DNA of 64,000 bases from NCBI GenBank assembly GCA_951406725.2, contig OX597823.1, forward strand, positions 9,300,001-9,364,000. The letters are read 5' to 3'. Position numbers and translations under genes: made by a program. Below, one piece after another: positions 29,685-43,053 of this stretch (its first letter is position 1; every line of letters starts with the position of its first letter). The DNA is from Octopus vulgaris. Taxonomy: Eukaryota. A model generated the notes under the pieces. It did no database searches and was not told the origin of the DNA. It worked only from the letters and a program-made list of their open reading frames with translations.

Positions 29685-30391
29685 GTATATAAGTATGTAT
29701 GTGTGTGTGTTTGTATATCCATTTATTTACATTTATATATACACACATACACACACACACAAGCACAAACATACGAAGACAGATACTCACAGACACGCGC
29801 GCGCGTTACACACACACAGTTATAATAATGAAGTCACACCAAATAGTTGTATTTCGAAATCATTTAATACGAACGTTTCGGGTTTGCTTAATATAAAATT
29901 AGAAATGCGTCCAGTACGTAAAATTGGAACTTACGTATTAAATGAGATCAAAATATTGCTCTTTGATTTGACCTCATTATCATAACTAATGCAACTCGAT
30001 GCCACCACAAACAATCAAGTCTTGAATCCACTTATAGAGATATTCTAACAACGATTAGTTTGCTTATATTTTGACTTTAGTCGTACTTCCAATACAACGC
30101 TCAACCGAGCTTTAGGCGTTTACACTGTCGGATTCTAGACTAACATAGAGCTTTTCAAGGTGTACAAAAAATGATTTCACACGGGTAAAACCGTTGTGTG
30201 GGTTTAGAGAACAGTAAAGTATAAGCAAGATAAGAAGATAGTGTTAGGCACATCCTTAATGATCAGTGAAAATTGTAACGGTACCGTCTCCGGTGTCAAC
30301 GTCAGCTTAGAAATCTCTATAAATACCCTTTAGAAAACGGAAAAAAAGTGGCCACAAAGACCCTAAAGAAAACCAAACCCTGTATACATGT

Positions 30392-30438
<47 letters not shown>

Positions 30439-30488
30439 ATATGTATATACAAATACATATAAATATATGTGTATATATACATATACAT

Positions 30489-30520
<32 letters not shown>

Positions 30521-30542
30521 GTATTGTATATATATATATATG

Positions 30543-30598
<56 letters not shown>

Positions 30599-33041
30599 AA
30601 GTGATAAAATTTTGAATACAATTCCACGAATTTTAAGTCGCCATAGATAATCCAAACTCAGACACTTAGGTATTCTATATTCTTCATTGAATTTATTGCC
30701 GCCAACAATACTGAAATATCACCTCTAAAGAATTCTAACAAAAATGATTCAATTTATTTACGTATCGTTTATATAAGGAAGGAACATTATTATATTAGCG
30801 TGCAATTAAGAAAATATTATGAGTGTTAATTAGTTAATTAACATGTAAGGAAAACCAGTATGGTGACTAGAATATCAAAAAATGATAATAAGGCCACATT
30901 TAGTTCTTAGCAGTTGCACATTTAAGAAATGTACTGAGCTTTCACACGTATTTGTAGGTCATGTAAAGATATACAGTTTACTGCTTGCGAATGGTAACGA
31001 TTCAAACCGAATGGAAAGCAATTCGAGAGTTTGAGTGACCGGCAGCTAACACCATACAACCGGGCTTAGATCGGTGTAATAACTTGAGAACAATAGTGAC
31101 TGAAGTGGGCTCATTAAACTACCAATGCACCCATTGATAAGATGGAGTAATAATAATTGATTTTAATACAATTCCTAATAATATTTTCAACGTCGGTACA
31201 AATCCAGAAATTTGCCGGTCTATAAAAAAGAATTATATAACTTAACATTTACTCCACTTTATCAACTTCAATTGATGAAAGGCAAAGTATATCTCGATGA
31301 AACCTGAAGTGAGAGCGTAATTAGCTGTAATTAAATACCACAATGCATTTTATGTGACTCCTAAAACATTTTGCTGGTCCCTCACCCATAAGCTATTTCC
31401 AGTAGTACTGAAATTAACAGAGGTACAAAAATAAGTTTTGAGGGAGAGTATAGTCGTTTATATCCATCCAATAATTAACTAGTACTTTAATTTGGCAACC
31501 ACAAAAATATAAAATGCGAAGTTGAAACCAGCGAGATTTAAACATAGAGAGCCGTGACTGAATAAATACTGCAAGGAATTTTGCCCGACGCTCTGAGGAA
31601 TTTTCAAATCCACCGTTGTATATAATAATACAGTTTTCACATTTAGGCCACTTGCGAAAGATCATATTTCGCCCGGCATAAGAGTGACGTCACATCAAGA
31701 TGTTTTTATTATTCCAAAATTCAAGAATCCATCTTCATAATTCTGTTTTATAACAGCAGTTATCCCATCTGGAAAAAATCTGTCATTTAGATATACATAC
31801 CTGCCGAGATAAGCATGAGTTGTTCCATATTGTAGAAAATGGCTTAAAATATCGTTTGGTATGCATTAGGATGATCAAATGTATTAATCGAAATACAGGA
31901 ACTTTTTCTTTGCACTAAATACAGTTTGTATTATAAACAGAGAAAAAGCTAACTATGAGAAGTTTGTTTCAATATTAAGATAACTGATAATACTTATTTC
32001 TTCGTGTTAATACGGTTACAGCACTGGCAGCTGTTTTTGGTTTTGATGTTGCTGTTTAGTGTTTATTTTTATCTATGTAAAAGGTATTTTTCTAAGATAA
32101 TTTAAGTTCACATTTATCTCCTTAGTTTAATCGGCTTGGTGTTAAAGATACCCTGCCTCACACCTATGCTACCATTTTCTGTCATTAATCTAGTTGTACC
32201 AGTGGGAATAAGGTAAGCAGTTTACCATAAGATAGCTAAACACACGCCTTAGTTTACCAAAACAAAATATAGCGAACCTCGCCTTTGAAGATACTCTACT
32301 ACGTTCTGAAAGTATCCAATTTCTAGATCATTTAGTTCAAACATTACCTTCCGACCTGGAAGCTTTTTGTCGGTTTTATCTAGTAAAAACATTTGCATTA
32401 TCTCAGAATTATCTGGGTCATTTTGCGGGGAATGCCACTTTAAGATACACGCCTTCCTTCCGTTGGTATTTGGAGTTTGTCAAACTGACTGCAGCATCTG
32501 ATATCTGTAGACAAAAACCAAAATGTTCACTTCTCTCTTGATATATTGTACCTCCAGGCGGAAGGAGATATAACTCGACATCAGGTTTGGCATGATATCT
32601 CTCAGATATTGATAAGGGCCATTTACAGTTAACCGAGGAGGTAGACTTTGTTTTGTAAGAATTCAGGTAAACTTGAGAATTTACCGGTGAGTGTGTTAAA
32701 TTATAAGGCACAAACAGAAAATGAATTTCCCCAGACAGAACAGAATATTCCATAAACATCATTCCAAACACTGCTATGAATATATAACCATCTAGATACA
32801 AGCATTTAAACAATAGAGAAAGAATACGCACGCAGCACGCACACACGCACGCATATTTGCATGTAAAGCATATACATATAAAGTGATGCATATATATATG
32901 TGTGTGTGTGTGTATATATTTATCAATATATGTATATATATATATATATACATCATAAATCATACACAAACGCACACACGCACATATATATATATATACA
33001 CACGCAATTATACATACACACACATACAAGCGATATATATG

Positions 33042-33102
<61 letters not shown>

Positions 33103-33494
33103 ATGCGTGTATGCTCATACACGTGTGATCGTGTATGTGTGTGTGTTGTTAGTGCAAACAGCACCGCAGGAACACTTCAAAAACAATATTCCTAAGTAAA
33201 TATTTATATGTTCAAAGAAAATATTGTTTTTCTGTTGAATGAAACTCAGGAATATACCCGAAAATCTGGGCATCAAGTCGCGTGCATAAAATTTGCCTCT
33301 TTCGGAGCATTCTGAATCCGCAACAGAAATTGTGTTTCCTACTGTAGCAAAAATAAAAAATAAAACGGGACATCAGAAAAAAATGAGAAATACAAAAAAA
33401 AAAAAAAAGAGTAAAATAAAAGAACGTTGATTAACTCACACATGTGGTAGACTGGTTATGAGCCTAAAACTAGCTTGCATATTCTGCTTCTATA

Positions 33495-33882
33495 TGGATG
33501 GGAAACACTCCGTCGGTTACGACGATGAGGGTTCCGGTTGATCCGATCAACGGAACAGCCTGCTCGTGAAATTAACGTGTAAGTGGCTGAGCACTCCACA
33601 GATACGTGTACCCTTAACGTAGTTCTCGGGGATATTCAGCGTGACACAGAGAGTGACAAGGCCGGCCCTTTGAAATACAGGTTCAACAGAAACAGGAAGT
33701 AAGAGTGAGAGAAAGTTGTGGTGAAAGAGTACAGCAGGGATCACCACCATCCCCTGCCGGAGCCTCGTGGAGCTTTTAGGTGTTTTCGCTCAATAAACAC
33801 TCACAACGCTCTGTCTGGGAATCGAAACCGCGATCCTACGACCGCGAGCCCGCTGCCCTAACCACTGGGCCATTGCACCTCC
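33495..33882 (-). mobile_element. SINE family C, full length
   Basis: Reverse complement of the 4345 copy; 14-bp imperfect TSD a(t/c)tctgc(t/a)tctata at 33481-33494 and 33883-33896. Confidence 0.93.
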
Positions 33883-34470
33883 ACTCTGCATCTATATACG
33901 TAATCATTGAATGACATTTTACATATAAACCCTGAACGTTAACTAATTACAGATTTTATGACGAGAAAAAAATAAATCGTGATAGCATTTAATATCACGT
34001 GTTGCGAATTACTTAATATATAAATATATGCATATGTATTGGAGTTTAATGCTCATAAAATTGAAATGAATATACCCCGGAGATTATTGGTCTGAGATAC
34101 ATATGATCTAGGAAGACGTTATTAGAATATCCCTGTTTAATATAATTTGAGTAATAATTTCTGAATTTAATGAAAATGAGATATGGCTTAATGTTGATAA
34201 TTTAAACATTTAAGGGATATGTTACACAGTAATCTCAGAGTTATATATATTTTACGCTTTGGCAAGTCTTTCCTAATGACAGGTAGGAAAATGTGTGTTG
34301 TGTGATTCGAGATTTTCGACGGTTCATCTGTACAAGGCCAGCATGTTTGTGAGAAAGAGGATCTCGATTACATAGATTACAGTATCCAACTGGCACGTAT
34401 TTTATTGAAAGGATGAACGGCAAAGTTAATTGTTGTTTTTTTTTTTGAAGTACAAAAGAACGACAAAGAG

Positions 34471-34563
<93 letters not shown>

Positions 34564-34591
34564 TGATGATGATGATGATGATGCAGTACCA

Positions 34592-35147
34592 ATGCCCTGA
34601 TGCAGTACCAAGCAGTGGCTCTCAGGCTTCTGATCTTAACTGCTTGGAAGTGTTATCATGTACATTGTTTTGTCTTGGTAGAAAAGATGGGCTACAGCAA
34701 ATATTCTGCTCAATACCACAGATTTGCTTGTTAGTTGTTTGACCGTAACCAGTTGAGCATGTCCCTTAGTGGCTGACGATATGTGCATCCCTGATCATGA
34801 GCAGAAGTAGTGGGGGAGCATCATAGCCATGTATTGAGAGGGATTCTTTGGGGTTTGAATAGTTCACCTCTGGAAACATGGGTGTTTCGTTCAACATCCT
34901 TAAACAACCCTTATTCAGGAACCTTTTAAGTAGGATGGGTTACTCGACCAGAAGAAAATTCTAACTGGGCCCCACCTGCAAGGTCATGCACTGTTTATCT
35001 TGATATGAGATCACCATGTCACGCACATATGGTTGTGATGCATGTGCCTGGTTTACCCTTATCAGACGGGTAGTCATGATGGGTATATACTGGGCTTCGT
35101 ATATTTTCCTCAGTGTCACTTTGATGGCATGAACTGCTCTCTCACTC
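34592..35147 (+). mobile_element. 556-bp non-coding (TAA)n-associated element, copy 1
   Basis: Begins atgccctgatgcagtacc, ends ctctctcactc + (AAT)n; three more copies at 39414-41152. Strand inferred from the tail. Confidence 0.85.
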
Positions 35148-35225
<78 letters not shown>

Positions 35226-35289
35226 TATTATTATCCCAGAAGAGCAGAAAGGATGCCGCAAGGGCTCATATGGCTGTAAAGATCAACTA

Positions 35290-35943
35290 ATGATTAATAA
35301 AGCCGTAACTGAAGACAGCCACAGAAAGAAGAAAGGCCTCAGTATGGCCTGGATTGACTACAAAAAGGCGTTTGATAACATCCCCCACACATGGATCCTT
35401 GAAACACTAGCCATTAACAAAGTAGCACCAACAATCATAAAATTCATAGAGCACTCTATGAATAAATGGCAAACAGTCCTACACCTCCAAACAAAAGAGG
35501 GACTCATGAAAACCAAAGACATCCCCATTAGAAGAGGAATATTCCAGGGAGACACGCTCTCTCCACTCCTTTTCTGCTTGGCACTGACACCTCTATCTGA
35601 TATGCTAAATAGAACTGGATGCGGATATAAATGTTACGGCAAAACGATCAGCCACCTTTTATATATGGATGACCTAAAACTATACGCTGCAAATGACAAA
35701 CAGCTGGAAACACTATTAAAGACAGTTCATGGATTTACCAAAGAAATAGATATGAAATTTGGATTAGAAAAATGCGCCAAAGTAACCATGAAAAGAGGAA
35801 AACTAGTTAAGAGTAACAACATCACACTAGATAAAACTAATGAAATAAAAGAATTAGACCAAAGCCAAACTTACAAATACTTAGGAATCCATGAACTAGA
35901 TAAGACACAACACACACAAATGAAAGAGAAAATAAAAAAATAA
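35290..35943 (+). pseudogene. Reverse transcriptase domain fragment of the Dong-like LINE
   Basis: 217-aa ORF with RT motifs QGD.LSP and YMDD. Confidence 0.95.
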
Positions 35944-36409
35944 TATTATAGACGAGTTAGATCAATACTAAAAACAGAGCTCAATGCTAAAAACAAGATA
36001 ATAGGTATCAACACTTTAGCTGTCCCAGTTATAAGTTACAGCTACAATATCCTTAACTGGACACGAAATGAACTGTCCAAAATAGATAGGAAAACAAGAA
36101 AAATACTGACAGGATCTAGGATGCATCACCCAAAATCTGACATAAAAAGACTATATATACAACGTATATATATATATAGAAGGCCTTATACAGCTGGAAA
36201 ACTACTATAAAATAACCACCATAGGACTGCAAAAATACCTACTTCAGAAGGAAGGAAAACTGATCCAGATAGCAGCAAAACACGAGCAAAAAAAAAAAAA
36301 ACTGTTCTCGGTATTTAAGGAAGCTGACAAATACAAACAAGAAATCATACCACCTAATAAACACAAAGAAGAAGAATATGATGAAGAAACAACAAAAGCT
36401 ATAAAACAA

Positions 36410-37224
36410 ATGAAATCCAACCTAAAAATAGAACAGCAACGAGCCATGATAAAACGATGGCAAGAAAAGCCCCTTCATGGTAAATACTGCACTAAACTAA
36501 ACGCAAAAGAAATAGACAAAGAAAAATCCCAGCAATGGTTGAGAAGCTCAGGACTCAAAGCAGAAACAGAGGGATTTTTAATTGCAGCACAAGACCAAAG
36601 CCTCCCCACCAGAAATTACCAAAAACATGTAATGAAAAGAAATATTACAAGTAACTGCAGAATATGTGGAGATGGACAAGAAACAATAAATCATATTATC
36701 TCTAGCTGCCCAGTCCTGGCTAAGAAGGAATATATTCACAGACATGACAGAGTTGGAACCTACATACATTGGAAGCTATGCCAACATTATGGAATAACAA
36801 CAGAAAAAAGATGGTATAGGCACACACCAGAAAAGGTCACAGAAAACGAGAAAGCAACCATACTCTGGGATATGCCGATACACACAGATAGAGAAATTAA
36901 GGCCAACAGACCAGATATAGTTGTCAGAAATCATGAAGAAAAAAATGCTTTCTAATTGATGTATCAATACCGGCAGATGACAACGTGTCTCTAAAAGAAA
37001 TGGAGAAACTCTCAAAATACAAAGACCTGGAAATAGAGGTAACTAGAATGTGGAACCTGAAAACAGAAACAATTCCTATCATAGTAGGCGCATTAGGCAT
37101 GATAAAAAAATATTCAGACAAATACATAACAAAAACACCAGGACTTACAAACACATATAACATACAGAAAATTGCACTACTAGGCACTGCACACATCCTA
37201 CGCAGAACACTTTCCATACAATAA
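36410..37224 (+). pseudogene. CCHC zinc knuckle and RLE endonuclease fragment of the Dong-like LINE (frameshifted)
   Basis: ORFs 36410-36955 and 36985-37224 with CxxC-x8-H-x4-C, RHD, NRPD, K..KY and IPIIVGALG. Confidence 0.93.
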
Positions 37225-37318
37225 CCATTAGAGCATCACAACAAATCACAGCACATACCCAAGGCACACAGAGCTGCGCTCGGTAGTGAAGTGAAAGCAC
37301 GCTATAAAAATAAAACTA

Positions 37319-37389
<71 letters not shown>

Positions 37390-37708
37390 TAATCCTTTCT
37401 AATATAGGCACAAGGCCTGAAATTTTGGGAACGTGGTGTAGTCAACCCACGCGCTGAACTGGTATTTATTTTATTGATCATAACATATGAGCGGCAAAGT
37501 CAAACCATGGTAGAATAGAAACTTAGAAGTGAAGTCGGGAAGAAATGCGGTGAAGCATTTTGTTTGATGCACTTACGAAATTATTGTTATATATAACCAT
37601 GACGCCTCGTACCCGGTTGGTATCTCCTCTATCGTAATTTTTGCTGTTCTCCTTCCTAAATATGTTGGAAGGAAGATTATTTCGTCGTTCCTTAATGTTT
37701 GAGTGGAT

Positions 37709-38146
37709 GGATCTTTTCGGTTTGAACGGCAGTTTTTAACATAATTTCTAGGTAACTAAAAAATTTTCAACTTCGTATACTGGTAGAATGTGTTTATAAA
37801 ACATCTTTTTCCTCTTGGCTTTATTGAGAAAATGTTATAGTTTGTAAGATATTTGTTGTCTTTTTTCTTTAATTTATGCAATTTCAACCAATCAAATACG
37901 TGTATTGAAGTAAAAAAAAACAATATGTGCCGAATGAATATGTCCCTCGTCTTAGAAACAGATTGGGTTTATTTACATTTGTGAAAAAAGAAAGATACCC
38001 TTCCCCAACCCCTAATCCTATCCCTAACCCTAACCCTAACCCTAAAACAGATTGAAATGCAATAGATCGATACTATGGTCATAATTATGGGTGACAATTT
38101 CATATGACACCGCTAGAAAAAACTGCTGTTCAAACCGAAAAGATCC
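37709..38146. mobile_element. MITE with 29-bp TIRs, perfect 8-bp TSD and internal (CCCTAA)n
   Basis: gagtggat|ggatcttttcggtttgaacggcagttttt ... aaaaactgctgttcaaaccgaaaagatcc|gagtggat; related to the 25320-26107 element. Confidence 0.92.
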
Positions 38147-39129
38147 GAGTGGATATCTGCTTTGCCATTTCGGCATCTTTAAAATGCACCTCCACCGTAG
38201 CGCTTCTCACTCTTTTTCCTATGTACACAGTTTTGTCCCAAATGGGCACCAGACACTTTTCCACTCTTTCATTATTTGTAGGCATTATTTTCATTTCTTT
38301 TTTTTGCTGTAAATTATATAGACCACCATTTTAGATGCCAGGCTTTGTATGGTCTCTTGTGGTGGCAAGAGTCTACTGTCACTTCTCGTCTTCTTTATTA
38401 AATTTCTGAACTTAAACAGTTGTTCCTTTGATACGTTCATTTCTATAAAGTTGCCTCCAAATCTCGGTTTTTCCCTTTCATTTGCTTCAACACTTCCATG
38501 CGTTGAGGGGAAATCCTTATCTGATTTTAAATCAAATTCCATTTTTTGACACAACATTGCCTTTACAGACAACAACGTAAAAATAACATACTTCCTGTCA
38601 CAAATGACAAAAGTAGAAAAAATATTTCACCATGTACCGGGCAAAGTTCACGTTAATTAATTAACAAGTCTACCACATGTGTGAGTTAATCAACGTTCTT
38701 TTTCTTTTTCGTTTTTTTTTTTTGTATTTCTCATTTTTTCTGATGTCCCGTTTTATTTTTGTTTTTGCTCCAGTAGGAAAAACAATTTCAGTAGTAACGA
38801 CGTCGAACGTTCGATTCACACAGGAATCCACAAAACGGCATAACAATTAAGTAAAATCACCAACAGAAAAATAAGACTGACACTAGCAAAGATTCCAGCA
38901 GCAAACGATGTAGTGACGAGAGGCAAAAGTCAATGACGTGAATGGCTCTAAGTCTGATCGACAAAGAAGCGAAGAGCAGGGTTAGCAAGCTGTTTTTTAT
39001 TAATGAAACGCTAGACATTCTAGAAACTTCCAAGAGAAACGCTAAGCTTCTTGAATAATTAAGAATTACGTCTCATGATACAGATGCTACAATTTGACAA
39101 ATACGCGACCAATTTTCTTATGTTTTCTT

Positions 39130-39243
39130 AAATTTTCTCTAGAACAATGCATAACACCAACATGAACTTCTAACTTGTTGTCTCTTGAGGTCTCTGGCTG
39201 AGACCTGGAGCCAACCTGTACAAATACAAGGCAAAAGTCAAGC

Positions 39244-39246
<3 letters not shown>
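39130..39246 (+). mobile_element. Probable Dong-like LINE 3' UTR fragment, copy 2
   Basis: Matches 17030-17136 and is followed by (TAA)n. Confidence 0.6.
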
Positions 39247-39310
<64 letters not shown>

Positions 39311-39338
39311 TATTATTATTATTATTATTATTATTAAA

Positions 39339-39391
<53 letters not shown>

Positions 39392-39413
39392 CATTATTAT
39401 CATTATTATTATA

Positions 39414-39945
39414 ATGCCCTGATGCAGTACCATGCACTGGCTCTCGTGGCTCCTGATCTTAACTGATTGGAAGTGTTATCGTGTACATTGTTTTCTCTTG
39501 GTATAAAAGATGGGCTACAGCAAATATTCTGCTTAATACCACAGATTTGCCTGTCAGTTGTTTGATCTTAACCAGTTGAGCATGTCCCTTAGTGGCTGAC
39601 GACGTGTGCATCTTTCATCACGAGCAGAAGTAGTTGAGAGGTATTCTTTGGGGTTGAGATAATTCACCTCTGGAAACATGGGTGTTTCGTTCAATATCCT
39701 TAAACAATCCTTATTCAGGGACCTTTTGAACGGAATGAGTTACTCGACCAGAAGAAAATTCTAATTGGGCCCAACCTGCAGGGTCATGCGCTGTTTAACT
39801 TGATATGAGATCACCATGTCGCACAGATATGTTTGCGATGAATGTACCTAGTGTACCCTTATCATACGGGTAGTTATGATGGGTATACTGGGCTTCGTAT
39901 ATTTTCCCCAGTGTCACTTTGATGGCATGCACTACTCTCTCACTC
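39414..39945 (+). mobile_element. (TAA)n-associated element, copy 2
   Basis: Same ends as copy 1; small internal deletion. Confidence 0.88.
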
Positions 39946-39983
39946 AGTAATAATAATAATCATAATATTAATAATAGTAATAA

Positions 39984-40517
39984 ATGCCCTGATGCAGTAC
40001 CAAGTTAGTTGCTCTCATGGCTTCTGGCCTTAACTGATTGGAAGTGTTACGTACATTGTTGTTTGGTCTTGGTATGAAAGATGGGCTACGACAAATATTC
40101 TGCTCAATACCACAGATTCGCTTGACAAGTTGAGTATGTCCATTAGTGGCTGACGATATGTGAATCTCTGATCATGAGGAGAAGTAGTGAAGGAGAATCA
40201 TAGCCATGTGCTGAAAGGAATTCTTTGAGGTTTGGATAATTCAGGCTTTGAAAACATTGTTGTTTTCTTCATCATCTTTAAACAACCCTTATTCAGGGAC
40301 CTTTTGAGCAGGATAGGCTACGGCAGAAAATTCTAACTGGGACTCACCTGCAAGTTCATACTTTGTTTATCTTGATATTAGATCACTATATCGCGCACAT
40401 ATGCTTGCGATGCATGTGCTTGGTATACCGTTCTCAGACGGGTAGTCATGATGGGGATACTTGGTTTCGTATATTTTACCCCAGTGTCACTTTGATGGCA
40501 TGCACTGCTCTCTCACT
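39984..40517 (+). mobile_element. (TAA)n-associated element, copy 3 (most diverged)
   Basis: Same ends; several indels. Confidence 0.85.
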
Positions 40518-40525
40518 AAATAATG

Positions 40526-40596
<71 letters not shown>

Positions 40597-40597
<1 letters not shown>

Positions 40598-41152
40598 TGC
40601 CCTGATGCAGTACCAGGCAGTGGCTCTCGTGGCTTCTGATCTTAACTGATTGGAAGTGTTATCATGTACATTGTTTTGTCTTGGTATAAAAGATGGGCTT
40701 CAGCAAATATTCTGCTCAATACCACAGATTTGCTTGTCAGTTGTTTGACTTTAACCAGTTGAGCATGTCCCTTAGTGGCTGACGATATGTGCATCTCTGA
40801 TCACGAGCAGAAGTAGTGGGGGAGCATCATAACCATGTGTTGAGAAGGATTCTTTGGGGTTTGAATAATTCACCTCTGGAAACATGGGTGTTTCGTTCAA
40901 CGTCCTTAAACAACCCTTATTCAGGGACCTTTTGAGCGGGATGGGTTACTCGATCTGAAGAAAATTCTAACTGGGCTCCACCTGCAAGGTCATGTGCTGT
41001 TTATCTTGATATGAGATCACCATGTCGCGCACATATGGTTGTGATGCATGTGCCTGGTGTACCCTTATCAGACGGGTAGTCATGATGGGTATATTGGGCT
41101 TCGTATATTTTACCCCAGTGTCACTTTGATGGCATGCTCTGCTCTCTCACTC
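40597..41152 (+). mobile_element. (TAA)n-associated element, copy 4
   Basis: 556 bp, same ends, (TAA)n on both sides. Confidence 0.9.
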
Positions 41153-41186
41153 AATAATAATAATAATGATAATAATAATAATAATT

Positions 41187-41408
41187 CCTTCTACTATAGG
41201 CACAAGGCCTATAGAATTTTGTGGGGAGAGGGACAGTCGATCACATCGCACCCAGTACTCAGCTGGTACTTAATTTATCGACTCCGAAAGGATGAACGGC
41301 AAAGTTGACCTCGACGGAATTTGAACTCAGAACGTGGCGGCGGACGAAATACCACTAAATACCGTATCTTGCCAGGCGTGCTAACGATTCTGACAGCTCA
41401 CCCCCTTA
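41187..41408 (-). mobile_element. SINE family B (tail B)
   Basis: Tail, body and head present. Confidence 0.88.
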
Positions 41409-41446
41409 GTTAAACCCCCTCCTCCTCCTCCTTCACATCCACGTCC

Positions 41447-41650
41447 TCCTACTACTACTACTCTACTACTACTACTACTAATAATAATAATAATGATAAT
41501 AATAAAAAGAAGAAGCAGAAGAAGAAGAAGAAGAAGAAGAAGAAGAAGAAGAAGAAGAAGAAGAAGAAGAAGAAGAAGACGACGACGAAGAAGAAGAAGA
41601 AGAAGAAGAAGAAGAAGAAGAAGAAGAAGAAGAAGAAGAAGAAGAAGAAG
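41447..41650. repeat. Compound (CTA)n(TAA)n(GAA)n microsatellite
   Basis: Visible directly. Confidence 0.93.
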
Positions 41651-42242
41651 GGTTTCTAAGTTTGGTAGAAGGCCAGCAATTTTGGAGAAGGGTCTAAGTT
41701 GATTACATCGAGACCAGCGTTCAGCTGGTCCCTATTTCATTGACCCCGAAAGGATGAAAGGTAAAGACAGCGTCGGTGGAATTTGAACGTAGATGGTAAA
41801 GACGGACGAAATGCGGCTAAACATTTTGTCCGGTATGCAACAACAACAATGACAACAGCAACAACAACAACAACGGCACAGTCAAACAGGCTTATTTCTA
41901 GCCAACGAGGAAATGATCCCGGAGAGTTTATCGACCTGATACAAATAGCTGAATTTAACGCCAAGCAGTGATTAGGCATAAGCGAACTTTATGTCTAAAC
42001 ACTGCTTGGCGCTGATACTGCTTCAAATTTATATATGCATGAGTAGCTATACGCATCTATATTTGTATATATGGGGAAACAGCTTCCTTTTTAGAATTGA
42101 TATATTGAAAAAATGTCTATATTCTGCTTTATTCTTGTCTTTGTGTACCAGACCGTTGTACTTCATTAGGAAAAATATTCTCAAAATTCATTCTTATCTA
42201 TTTTGCCAGGCTACCTCAAACGTTGGGATGTGGTATAGTGTT

Positions 42243-42484
42243 GGCGGCGAGCTGGCAGGTACGTTAGCACGCCGGGCGAAATGCGTAGCCGTATTTCGTC
42301 TCCTGTTACGTTTCTGAGTTTGAGTTCAAATTCCGTCGAGGTCAACTTTGCCTTTCATCTTTTCGGGGTCGATAAATTAAGTACCAGTTACGCACTAGGG
42401 TCGATGTAATCGACTTAATCCATCCCTTTGTCTGTCCTTGTTTGTCCCCTCTGTGTGAAGCCCATTGTGGGCAATGAAGAAATA
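42243..42484 (+). mobile_element. SINE family B (tail A), full length
   Basis: ggcggcgagctggcag head, gagttcaaattcc B box, gcctttcatc.tttcggggtcgataaattaagtaccag domain. Confidence 0.93.
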
Positions 42485-42715
42485 TATTTCTTTACTACCC
42501 ACAAGAGGCTAAACACAGAGGGGACAAACAAGGACAGACAAACGGATTAAGTCGATTACATCGACTCCAGTGCGTAACTGGTACTTAATTTATCGACCCC
42601 GAAAGGATGAAAGGCAAAGTCGACCTCGGCGAAATTTGAACTCAGAACGTAACGGCAGACGAAATACGGCTACGCATTTCGCCCGGCGCGCTAACGTTGC
42701 TGCCAGCTCGCCGCC
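42485..42715 (-). mobile_element. SINE family B (tail A), full length, tail-to-tail with the previous copy
   Basis: Reverse complement of 42243-42484. Confidence 0.93.
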
Positions 42716-43053
42716 TTCTGAATGAAATAGATATAGTGTTGGCTTTTGTAGTGCTCCTTTTATATGGGACAGGTTTTGTTTATACAAAACTTACAGCTAG
42801 ATTTCAGCTCATGTAGATTTTGCAGCTACAATTCCAGGTTAGATTATTGGACTTCTATATCATTTTGGCAGTTAACATTCCATATAATCGCATTTGTATT
42901 TTGGCCAGCGGTGACACTTTTATCTTGTTTGTGACGTTTGTACATAGTAAGTTAACTCCAGCCTTGTCATGCGATATGTTACACGCTATCGTTGACCTGT
43001 TTCTCTTGTTTTGATCGGTGTATATTCATTGTAGTCTTGTCTTATAATATAAA

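Larger units (their letters stand above)
35233..37322 (+). mobile_element. 5'-truncated R4/Dong-clade non-LTR retrotransposon (RT + CCHC + restriction-like endonuclease) inserted in (TAA)n
   Basis: [34 protein letters not shown]; CRICGDGQETINHIISSC, HRHD, RPD, EKLSKY; (TAA)n on both sides. Stop at 35941 and frameshifts near 36170 and 36945 inactivate it. Confidence 0.95.

Noticed and set aside
32418-32700. Non-repetitive C-terminal part of the 248-aa ORF
   Set aside because: The start lies in microsatellite; no recognisable domain or convincing splice pair
34770-34892. CUGACGA and GAAAC inside the 556-bp element; possible HDV-like fold at its ends
   Set aside because: Could not build helix II or P1/P3/P1.1 pairings manually
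39414-41152. CRISPR-like or satellite array
   Set aside because: Units are ~550 bp, separated by microsatellite, in a eukaryotic context
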